38,022 nt of DNA from Bacteroidota bacterium (GTDB lineage Bacteria > Bacteroidota > Ignavibacteria > SZUA-365 > JAADGX01). This document shows positions 16,321-24,323 of this stretch, in pieces. Numbering within the stretch: position 1 is the first letter of the stretch; the number at the start of each line of letters is the position of its first letter. The notes under the pieces were generated by a model, which did not search any database, was not told the DNA's origin, and saw only the letters and a list, made by a program, of their open reading frames with translations. The position numbers were made by a program, and so were the translations under genes. The stretch covers positions 1 to 38,022 of the forward strand of contig JALUUP010000326.1 in the NCBI GenBank assembly GCA_027021285.1, read 5' to 3'.

Positions 16321-17514
16321 GTGGATTTATTTGAAAAATGTCGGAATTTCACCCGCGCAGATGAAGTTAAGGCAGCTGGTCTGTATCCGTATTTCCATGC
16401 GATTGAACAAAACGAAGGTCCGGTCGTCAAGATTGAAGGGCGTGAAGTTATCATGGCAGGATCCAACAACTACCTGGGACTGACGGCACATCCAAAAGTC
16501 ATCCAGGCAGCTCACGACGCCCTGCGCGTATATGGAACCGGTTGCTCCGGGTCGCGTTACCTGACGGGCACGCTGAAACTGCACGAAGAACTCGAAGAAC
16601 GCCTCGCCGCTTTCCTCGGAAAAGAGGATTGTCTTTTGTTCAGTACGGGCTTCCAAACCGGCCAGGGAGTGATCGCCACTCTTGTCCAACGGGGCGAATA
16701 CGTCATCGGAGACAGGGACAATCATGCTTGCCTGGTTGCCGGAGCGTTGATGGCCAAGGGCGCGTTCGCGGAAATCGAGCGCTACAAGCACGGCAATATG
16801 CAGGACCTGGAACGGGTTATTTCGCGCCTGCCGGAAAACAAGGGGAAACTCATTGTCAGCGACGGCGTGTTCAGCACAACCGGCGAGATCGTGGATCTTC
16901 CCGACCTCGTGCAAATTGCAAAGAAATATAATGCCCGCCTACTCATCGACGACGCGCATTCCGTCGGGGTCATCGGAAAGGGAGGTCGAGGCACCGCCAG
17001 CCATTTCGGACTCGACGATGACGTTGACATGATCATGGGAACCTTCAGCAAAACGTTCGCCAGTCTCGGCGGTTTCGTGGTTGGAGATCGCGTGGTCATC
17101 AACTATCTGAAGCACCATTCACCCGCGTTGATTTTCAGCGCCAGTCCGACACCCTCGTCTGTTGCAGCGGCTCTCGCCGCCCTCGATATCCTGGAACAAC
17201 ATCCGGAACTCGTGGACAAGCTAAACAGGAACGCGGACAAGATGCGCAAGGGGTTCGCGGAGATGGGCTTCAAGGTTCTCCCCGGACAGACAGGCGTTGT
17301 TCCCGTCATCCTCGGCAGTGATGAGAAAACGTTTATTTTCTGGAAAGCGCTGTTCGACGCGGGAGTGTTCGTGAATGCATTCATCAAACCCGGAGTTCCC
17401 GAAGGCATGCAGATGCTGCGCACCAGTTACATGGCCGCGCACGAGGATGAGCATCTGGATCGTATCCTGGAGGTCTTCGGCGAAATCGGTCGTCAGCTTG
17501 GAGTTATCGAGTAA
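16321..17514 (+). CDS. spt: PLP-dependent alpha-oxoamine synthase, serine palmitoyltransferase-like
   Basis: GTG start 4 nt after AGGAGA. Motifs: [62 protein letters not shown] (PLP lysine) and a C-terminal GRQLGVIE. These resemble Bacteroides/Sphingomonas Spt more than Kbl (GTLGKALGG) or BioF. Confidence 0.85.
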   Translation: MDLFEKCRNFTRADEVKAAGLYPYFHAIEQNEGPVVKIEGREVIMAGSNNYLGLTAHPKVIQAAHDALRVYGTGCSGSRYLTGTLKLHEELEERLAAFLGKEDCLLFSTGFQTGQGVIATLVQRGEYVIGDRDNHACLVAGALMAKGAFAEIERYKHGNMQDLERVISRLPENKGKLIVSDGVFSTTGEIVDLPDLVQIAKKYNARLLIDDAHSVGVIGKGGRGTASHFGLDDDVDMIMGTFSKTFASLGGFVVGDRVVINYLKHHSPALIFSASPTPSSVAAALAALDILEQHPELVDKLNRNADKMRKGFAEMGFKVLPGQTGVVPVILGSDEKTFIFWKALFDAGVFVNAFIKPGVPEGMQMLRTSYMAAHEDEHLDRILEVFGEIGRQLGVIE

Positions 17515-17517
17515 ATT

Positions 17518-18642
17518 ATGAAACCTTCCATCCGCCCCATTCAATCGAAATCCGACCGCAAACGCTTCGTGGCGTTCTTGTGGAAAATTTACGAGAACGA
17601 TCCGTACTGGGCTCCTCCCCTGCGCATGGATCGTATGCGACTGATCGACCAGGAGAAGAATCCCTTTTATCAACACGCCGATTGCCAATTGTTCCTGGCC
17701 GAGAACAACGGTGAAATTGTTGGGCGCATCGCTGCGATTATCAATCATCGGCATAACGAGGTCCATGATGACAAGGTCGGGTTCTTCGGATTCTTCGAGA
17801 GCATCAACGATCAGGACGTCGCCAACGCCTTATTCGATACCGCGGCCGACTGGTTGCGAGAACGCGGATGCGATACCATGCGGGGCCCGTTCAATCCGTC
17901 GGTGAATGATGAGATCGGTCTGCTGGTTGAAGGATTCGATTCCAGTCCCGTTGTCATGATGACGTACAATCCACGGTACTATATCGACCTCATCGAGAAT
18001 TACGGTTTTTTCAAAGCCAAGGACCTGTACGCCTATCTCCTGGTGCACGACAAAACCATCACACCAAAGCTCGAACGCGTGCAGGCAGCCGTGCGCGAAC
18101 GGCACCAGGTCACGTTGCGCAACATCGACCTGAAAAACCTGCAACGAGATATTGGCATCGTCAAGGAACTTTACAACAAGGCATGGGCAAAGAACTGGGG
18201 CGCGGTTCCCATGACCGACGAAGAAATCGACTACTTGGGCGAGGATCTCAAACAGATTATCAAGCCATTCCCAGACTTCGCTTTTATTGCATACTCGAAA
18301 GGGGTCCCGGTCGGATTCGCCCTGTGTGTCCCCGATATCAACCAGGTCCTCAAGAAAAACAAGAGCGGGCGTCTCATTCCCGGAATCTTTTATCTCCTTA
18401 CCGGCATGAAGAAAATCGACCTGGTGCGGATCCTGGTCCTGGGCGTAATCCCGGAATACCAGCGCCGGGGAATCGACGCGGTGATGTACTACGAGATCGC
18501 GGAACGGGCGCGCACCAAGTACAAGATCAAAGCAGGCGAAGCAAGCTGGGTGCTCGAGGACAACGTCATGATGAACCGGGCGGCTGAACTGATGAACGGC
18601 GAGCGATACAAGACATACCGCGTTTACGATTACAAACTCTGA
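17518..18642 (+). CDS. Double-GNAT-fold acyl-CoA N-acyltransferase; candidate bacterial ceramide synthase
   Basis: 374 aa, starting 3 nt after the Spt-like stop. GNAT motif-A-like VLGVIPEYQRRGIDAVMYYEI lies in the C-terminal half. The N-terminal half (FLAENNGEIVGRIAAIINH...GFFGFFES) looks like a second, degenerate GNAT lobe. Confidence 0.72.
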   Translation: MKPSIRPIQSKSDRKRFVAFLWKIYENDPYWAPPLRMDRMRLIDQEKNPFYQHADCQLFLAENNGEIVGRIAAIINHRHNEVHDDKVGFFGFFESINDQDVANALFDTAADWLRERGCDTMRGPFNPSVNDEIGLLVEGFDSSPVVMMTYNPRYYIDLIENYGFFKAKDLYAYLLVHDKTITPKLERVQAAVRERHQVTLRNIDLKNLQRDIGIVKELYNKAWAKNWGAVPMTDEEIDYLGEDLKQIIKPFPDFAFIAYSKGVPVGFALCVPDINQVLKKNKSGRLIPGIFYLLTGMKKIDLVRILVLGVIPEYQRRGIDAVMYYEIAERARTKYKIKAGEASWVLEDNVMMNRAAELMNGERYKTYRVYDYKL

Positions 18643-18646
18643 CCTC

Positions 18647-18937
18647 ATGGCTGTAACTCGGGCCGATATCGAGCGAGTCGCGACACTTGCCGGACTGTCC
18701 TTTTCAGAAAAAGAAACCAACCGGCTCATCGAGGAATTCACACACGTACTGGCGTGGATCGACAAACTCCGCAAGGTTGACACGGAGGGCGTCGAACCGC
18801 TGACGTACGTGCATGATCGGGGGATCTCGTTTCGGGCGGACGAAACAACCCGGTGCCTGCCCAGAAACGATGCGCTGATGAACGCTCCCCAAGATACCGG
18901 CGAATTTTTTGTCGCGCCGAGGGTCCGTCGCTCGTGA
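18647..18937 (+). CDS. gatC: Asp/Glu-tRNA(Asn/Gln) amidotransferase subunit C
   Basis: 96 aa. ADIERVATLAGLSFSEKETNRLIEEFTHVLAWIDKLRKVDTEGVEPL is the typical GatC pattern. Confidence 0.9.
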   Translation: MAVTRADIERVATLAGLSFSEKETNRLIEEFTHVLAWIDKLRKVDTEGVEPLTYVHDRGISFRADETTRCLPRNDALMNAPQDTGEFFVAPRVRRS

Positions 18938-18951
18938 ACGCGACCGCTGCG

Positions 18952-19713
18952 ATGGAATGCTTGCCTGTCCTCGTTGTGATTCCCGCGCGCTATGCCTCTT
19001 CGCGTTTTCCCGGAAAACCATTGGCTGATATTGGCGGGAAACCCATGATCCAGCGGGTTTATGAACGTGTTCAAGCCAGCCGGTTCAACGATAATATTCT
19101 CGTGGCAACGGATGATACCCGCATCATGGAAGCGGTGGAAGGATTTGGCGGCAACGCGGTCATGACGCCTTCTTCCTGCTCTACCGGCACGGACCGTATC
19201 GCCACCGTCGCCCGGGAACGAGTGGCGGACATCTATCTCAACGTCCAGGGTGACGAGCCGCTGATATCACCGAGGTGTATCGAGGCCGCCGTCGATCCGC
19301 TTTTCTCAAACACGAACATCGACATCGGAACTGTAGCAGCTCCCCTTGCCACCTCGGAGGAGGCGCATAACCCCAACATCGTGAAAGTTACCCGCGCCCT
19401 TGACGGCACAGCCTTGTACTTCTCGCGCTCCCCGATCCCGTTCGCGCACGATGAAGAGAACATTGATGGAACTTCCATTCAATATTTCCAGCACCTCGGG
19501 ATATACGCTTACCGGCGGGAGGCACTATTGCGATTGTCTTCTCTCCCACCAACTCCCCTCGAGATCGCGGAAAAGCTGGAGCAGCTCCGCGCACTGGAGC
19601 ACGGAATGACAATCAATGTAAACCTGGTTCCCGAAAGAAGCATTTCAGTGGACGTCCCTGCCGACATCGAACGTGTTCTGGCGGCGCTTGACGCCGAATC
19701 ATCCTTGCACTGA
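18952..19713 (+). CDS. kdsB: 3-deoxy-manno-octulosonate cytidylyltransferase (CMP-Kdo synthetase)
   Basis: VLVVIPARYASSRFPGKPLADIGGKPMIQRVYERV and YLNVQGDEPLI are KdsB motifs. I chose ATG 18952. An in-frame GTG at 18934 overlapping the gatC stop (GTGA) is an alternative. The ORF-track start 18853 lies inside gatC. Confidence 0.9.
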   Translation: MECLPVLVVIPARYASSRFPGKPLADIGGKPMIQRVYERVQASRFNDNILVATDDTRIMEAVEGFGGNAVMTPSSCSTGTDRIATVARERVADIYLNVQGDEPLISPRCIEAAVDPLFSNTNIDIGTVAAPLATSEEAHNPNIVKVTRALDGTALYFSRSPIPFAHDEENIDGTSIQYFQHLGIYAYRREALLRLSSLPPTPLEIAEKLEQLRALEHGMTINVNLVPERSISVDVPADIERVLAALDAESSLH

Positions 19714-19756
19714 AAATTTGACTCACATCTTTCCCGGGATGGTTGTAGTTTTCCCT

Positions 19757-21064
19757 ATGAATATGCGAAACAACACGCCGGAAACCGTCTCAATCGTTAC
19801 GCTCGGCTGCTCGAAAAACACCGTCGATTCCGAGGTCCTGGCACGCCAGATCCAGGCGAACAACCTCGCTTTTACAAATGATCCCAGTGACGCGGACACG
19901 GTCATCATCAATACCTGCGGGTTCATTTGCGAGGCCAAGGAGGAATCAGTCAGGACAATCCTGGAAGCCGGTGAACTGAAGAAACAGGGAACCATAAAGA
20001 AGCTCCTCGTGATGGGATGCCTGACTGAACGATACCGCCAGGAGTTGGAGGCCACGATTCCGGAAGTTGACGCTTTCTTCGGCACCACTGACCTCGACGA
20101 AATTCTCGCAACTCTGGGAATCAATTTTAAGCGCGAACTTCTGGGCGAGCGCAGTCTCAGCACCCCGTCGCATTTTGCCTACCTCAAGATTTCCGAAGGC
20201 TGTGACAATCCCTGTTCTTTTTGCGCCATTCCGCTCATGCGGGGACAACACCGGTCACGCCCCCTGGAGGAAATTATTCGTGAAGCGGAATTTCTCGCCC
20301 GCTCGGGAGTGCGGGAGATCATCATCATCGCCCAAGATACGACCTACTACGGCCTTGACCTGTACGGCGAACGCCGGTTGGCGCGACTCCTGCAGGCCGT
20401 TGCAGACATCGACGGCATCGAATGGGTGCGATTGCTCTACGCCTATCCCTCCCAGTTTCCCGAGAACGTTTTGCACCTCATGCGGGAGCACCCGAACATT
20501 GTTCCGTACCTGGATATTCCCCTTCAACACATTTCCGACCAGGTGTTGAAATCCATGCGTCGCGGCATCTCGGCGAAACGAACACGAGATCTAGTGCGGC
20601 AAATCCGGGATGAAGTTCCCGGCATCATTCTGCGCACAACGTTCATCGTCGGCTACCCGTCCGAAAATGACGAGGCGTTCCAGGAGCTGATCGACTTCGT
20701 GCAGGAATCGAGGTTCGAACGTCTTGGGGTCTTTACGTATTCGCAGGAGGAAGGGACATCAGCCGCCGTGCTTGGAGACCCGGTCCCAGCAGAAATAAAA
20801 GCCGAGCGCCGCGAAGAAATCATGAACCTCCAACAGGATATTTCACGGCAATTCAACGAATCGCTGATCGGATCGAAACTTCCTGTCTTGATAGACCGTA
20901 AGGAAGACGGTGTGTTTATCGGCCGCACCCCCTACGATGCACCGGAAGTGGACAACGAGGTTTATCTTACTGTCGAAAAGAATAAAGAGTTGAGCGTGGG
21001 CGCACTGGTGGAAGCCCGGATAAGCGATGCAACGGAATATGATTTACGCGGTTATGTACTTTAG
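19757..21064 (+). CDS. rimO: Ribosomal protein S12 methylthiotransferase
   Basis: VSIVTLGCSKNTVDSEVL (RimO-type N-terminal domain). Radical-SAM CDNPCSFCAIP (Cx3Cx2C). C-terminal TRAM-like domain. I chose ATG 19757, downstream of the kdsB stop, over 19673. Confidence 0.92.
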   Translation: MNMRNNTPETVSIVTLGCSKNTVDSEVLARQIQANNLAFTNDPSDADTVIINTCGFICEAKEESVRTILEAGELKKQGTIKKLLVMGCLTERYRQELEATIPEVDAFFGTTDLDEILATLGINFKRELLGERSLSTPSHFAYLKISEGCDNPCSFCAIPLMRGQHRSRPLEEIIREAEFLARSGVREIIIIAQDTTYYGLDLYGERRLARLLQAVADIDGIEWVRLLYAYPSQFPENVLHLMREHPNIVPYLDIPLQHISDQVLKSMRRGISAKRTRDLVRQIRDEVPGIILRTTFIVGYPSENDEAFQELIDFVQESRFERLGVFTYSQEEGTSAAVLGDPVPAEIKAERREEIMNLQQDISRQFNESLIGSKLPVLIDRKEDGVFIGRTPYDAPEVDNEVYLTVEKNKELSVGALVEARISDATEYDLRGYVL

Positions 21065-21073
21065 ATCTGTACG

Positions 21074-22381
21074 ATGAAACGGAAAGAACTTTTCATAGTG
21101 TTGGTCATCTTCTCCCTGGGTACCGCGGGAGCACAAACCCATGAACATCCTGGCCAGGAATTCATGTTGCGTCAGCGCCCTTTTTACGTTGACGCATTGA
21201 ATTTCCCTTCCATCGATTCGACTGGTATTTCCACACAGCTCGACGTTTACGTCAAGATCCCTTACGATATTATCTCGTTTATCGTTGAAGACGGACGTTA
21301 CAAAGCGGGGTACATGATTACCGCCAGGATAAAGCGCACAGCCAACACGTTAATCAAGGAGGCAACCTGGCGACGAACTCTTGTGAAAAACAAGTTCGAG
21401 GAAACACGAGGAAAAGAAAAATTCGACATATCCATGCATCGTTTTCCTCTCGATCCCGACGATATTATCCTGGAAGTGACTTTCGAGGACAAGGAATCCG
21501 GGAACGAATTCACCCTTTCGCAAACTCTCAAGGTCAAGCAGTATGACCCAAACCTGGTTGCCATGAGCGACCTCATGATCGTTTCACGGATCAAGAAGAA
21601 AAATGGCAAGACCGTTCTTACACCAAACGTTTCACCGAACGTCGGCGAATTCAAGAAAGGCTTCGATGTCTTTTTCGAAGTGTTCAATCCATTCCGTTCG
21701 CAACCGGTTGAAGTAAAATACCTTATCCGCTCTTCACGCTCACGCATCCTCCTTGAAAAGACAGACACAACATATCTCAAAGAAGGAAGGAATACCTTCA
21801 TTTCTCACATCAGCAATTCCAACCTGGGTATTGGCAGCTACACCCTGACCGTGGAAATACACCGGCAAGGAGATACGAGTCGAACCGGGAAATTCGCATC
21901 GGCTTCCAAACCCATTATCGTAGAATGGTTATCGTTTGGCACACCGGTTTCCATCACCAACCTGGATGAAGCAATCGAGCAGTTACGGTACATTGCAACG
22001 AGCGAGGAAATGGACTCGCTACAGAACGCGCCGAATGACAAGGAAAAGCGGCGCCGGTTCGAAATGTTCTGGAAACGCCGTGATCCCACGCCGGAAACCG
22101 AAGCCAACGAAGTCATGACCGAGTATTACAACAGGGTAGCTTACGCGAACCTGCATTTCAAACATTATATCGATGGCTGGAAAACCGACCGCGGGATGAT
22201 CTACATCATCTACGGCCCGCCTTCGTATATTGACAGGCATCCTTTTGACCCCGACGTAAAACCGTATGAAGTTTGGGAGTACTACGACATCAACAGACGA
22301 TATATCTTCGTTGATGAAACCGGTTTCGGTGATTACCGCCTGCTTTATCCCATCTGGGATGACCGCACCCGCCTGCGGTGA
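21074..22381 (+). CDS. GWxTD domain-containing secreted protein
   Basis: Signal peptide MKRKELFIVLVIFSLGTAGAQ. The C-terminal GWKTDRGMIYIIYGPPSYIDRHPF...YEVWEY matches the GWxTD domain signature. Function unknown. Confidence 0.85.
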   Translation: MKRKELFIVLVIFSLGTAGAQTHEHPGQEFMLRQRPFYVDALNFPSIDSTGISTQLDVYVKIPYDIISFIVEDGRYKAGYMITARIKRTANTLIKEATWRRTLVKNKFEETRGKEKFDISMHRFPLDPDDIILEVTFEDKESGNEFTLSQTLKVKQYDPNLVAMSDLMIVSRIKKKNGKTVLTPNVSPNVGEFKKGFDVFFEVFNPFRSQPVEVKYLIRSSRSRILLEKTDTTYLKEGRNTFISHISNSNLGIGSYTLTVEIHRQGDTSRTGKFASASKPIIVEWLSFGTPVSITNLDEAIEQLRYIATSEEMDSLQNAPNDKEKRRRFEMFWKRRDPTPETEANEVMTEYYNRVAYANLHFKHYIDGWKTDRGMIYIIYGPPSYIDRHPFDPDVKPYEVWEYYDINRRYIFVDETGFGDYRLLYPIWDDRTRLR

Positions 22382-22408
22382 TTCCGGTGCCGTATCAGAG
22401 ACATTTTT

Positions 22409-24196
22409 CTACGCCGCGCGGAGCTCCTGGTCCTTGTACTGGAGCTGGTACAGGCGGTAATAAATTCCTTTCCTCCGCAACAGTTCCTTGTGCGTCCCCT
22501 CTTCCCGGATTTTACCCTTGTGAAGAACGATGATCTTGTCCGCGTTCTGAATGGTGGACAAGCGGTGCGCGATGACAATCGACGTCCGGCCTTTCAGCAA
22601 TTCCTCAATAGCGCGCTGAATCATCTGTTCGGTCTCTGTGTCGATATTAGCGGTCGCTTCATCGAGGATGAGTATTTCAGGATTGAAGGCAAGAGCGCGG
22701 GCGAATGAAAGAAGTTGTTTCTGCCCCACGGACAGCTTTGCGCCGCGTTCTTTCACCTCTGCATCATACCCTTCTTCCAGTTGTTCGATAAACCGATTCG
22801 CACCTACGACGCGGGCGGCCTTGCGCACTTCTTCCTCGCTGATCTCCATATTCCCGAGACGGATGTTTTCGGCGATTGTTCCGGAGAAGAGAAAGACGTC
22901 TTGCATCACGACGCCGATATGTCGTCGCAAAAGAGAAATGGGAATATCCTTGATGTCGGTTCCGCCTATCAGGATTCGTCCACGGTCGAAATCATAAAAC
23001 CGGGTAAGAAGACTGATGATCGTGGTCTTTCCCGCGCCGGTCGCTCCAACAATCGCCACTGTCGAACCGTGAGGAATCGTCATGGAAATATCCCTGAGAA
23101 CATCCTCACCCTGCTTATATCCAAACGATAGATTCTCAAAGACGACATCACCACGGAACATCCGAGCATCTTCCCGTGCACCCCTGTCCGGAATAATTGT
23201 ATTGTCGTCAAGGAGCTGGAATATCCTTTCGGAGGAGGCCATGGCGGACTGCATGATGTTGTACTTCTCGGAAAGGTCGCGGATAGGGCGAAAGAACATT
23301 TCCGTGTATTGGATGAAAGAGATCAAGATACCCAGGGTCATCGCACCCTGGACGATTTGCCCTCCCCCGTACCAAACGATGAGAGCAATGGAAACCGCAC
23401 TGAACAACTCGACGGAGGGATAAAAAATCGCGTAGTAAAAAATCGACCGGATGTGCGCATCCGCATGATGACGGTTAATCTTTCGGTACCGCTGGAATTC
23501 CCGGCGCTCCCGGCCCATAAGCTGGACGGTCAGAATGCCGCTGATCCGTTCTTGCAGGAAAGCGTTCAATCGTGCAACCTGTTTGCGAACGTCCCGGTAA
23601 GCTTCACGGACTTTTTTCCGAAACAGGAAGGTCCCATACACGAGGAACGGCAGTATGCTCAGTGTTACCAGCGCCAAGGGCCAACTGATGAAAAACATGA
23701 AAACGATGATCCAGGTCAGGACAAAAACATCAGCGAACACCGTCACCAGCCCCGACGAAAACATCTCATTGAGAACTTCCACGTCGCTCGTAACACGGGT
23801 AATCAACCGGCCGATCGGATTTTTATCAAAGAACGAAAGCGCGAGGTGTTGCAGCTTGTCGAACACTTGCATCCGCATGTCGTAAACGATATGCTGGCCG
23901 ATCCACTGCGTATAGTACATGGCGAAATAATGAATCCCGGATTGCACCAGCAGCGTCAGCACGATGAGACCGGCGATCATGAGCAATCCGTGATAATCAC
24001 CCGTCGAAATGTATTCGTCCACCGCCACCTTGGTGAGGTACGGGCGTACGGGGCCCAGGGACGATATGGCAACCGTCAGGAAAATCGCGCCGGCCACCTG
24101 CCACCGATACGGTCGGACGTACGCCAGCAAGCGTTTCATCAACTTACTGTCGTAGGCTTTTCCTAGTATTTCATCGTCTTGGTAGGCTTCCAACAA
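22409..24196 (-). CDS. ABC exporter, fused permease/ATPase (MsbA/MdlB-like half transporter)
   Basis: TTG start. N-terminal six-helix TMD. Walker A GATGAGKTT, signature LSVGQKQLL, Walker B ILILDEATANID, H-loop VIAHRLS. Confidence 0.93.
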   Translation of the reverse strand: MLEAYQDDEILGKAYDSKLMKRLLAYVRPYRWQVAGAIFLTVAISSLGPVRPYLTKVAVDEYISTGDYHGLLMIAGLIVLTLLVQSGIHYFAMYYTQWIGQHIVYDMRMQVFDKLQHLALSFFDKNPIGRLITRVTSDVEVLNEMFSSGLVTVFADVFVLTWIIVFMFFISWPLALVTLSILPFLVYGTFLFRKKVREAYRDVRKQVARLNAFLQERISGILTVQLMGRERREFQRYRKINRHHADAHIRSIFYYAIFYPSVELFSAVSIALIVWYGGGQIVQGAMTLGILISFIQYTEMFFRPIRDLSEKYNIMQSAMASSERIFQLLDDNTIIPDRGAREDARMFRGDVVFENLSFGYKQGEDVLRDISMTIPHGSTVAIVGATGAGKTTIISLLTRFYDFDRGRILIGGTDIKDIPISLLRRHIGVVMQDVFLFSGTIAENIRLGNMEISEEEVRKAARVVGANRFIEQLEEGYDAEVKERGAKLSVGQKQLLSFARALAFNPEILILDEATANIDTETEQMIQRAIEELLKGRTSIVIAHRLSTIQNADKIIVLHKGKIREEGTHKELLRRKGIYYRLYQLQYKDQELRAA

Positions 24197-24323
24197 CTAT
24201 TCCTTTTCTGTCGCAACATTCCAAGTAATCTAACACATAAAGTATCTTCCTTACAAAGAGTCATGTTTCGTACTTTACAGGGAAGTACCGCGCTTCTCTC
24301 TTCAATCACGGGGACCAAAAGGT

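Noticed and set aside
16321-17514. An alternative reading of the alpha-oxoamine synthase plus SDR pair as Kbl plus an SDR-type threonine dehydrogenase, or of the synthase as BioF.
   Set aside because: The PLP-lysine region [20 protein letters not shown] and STGFQ match Spt-type enzymes better than Kbl (GTLGKALGG, SVRFICGT) as I recall them. No bio genes are nearby, and a GNAT acyltransferase is translationally adjacent. This is not fully excluded without a phylogeny.
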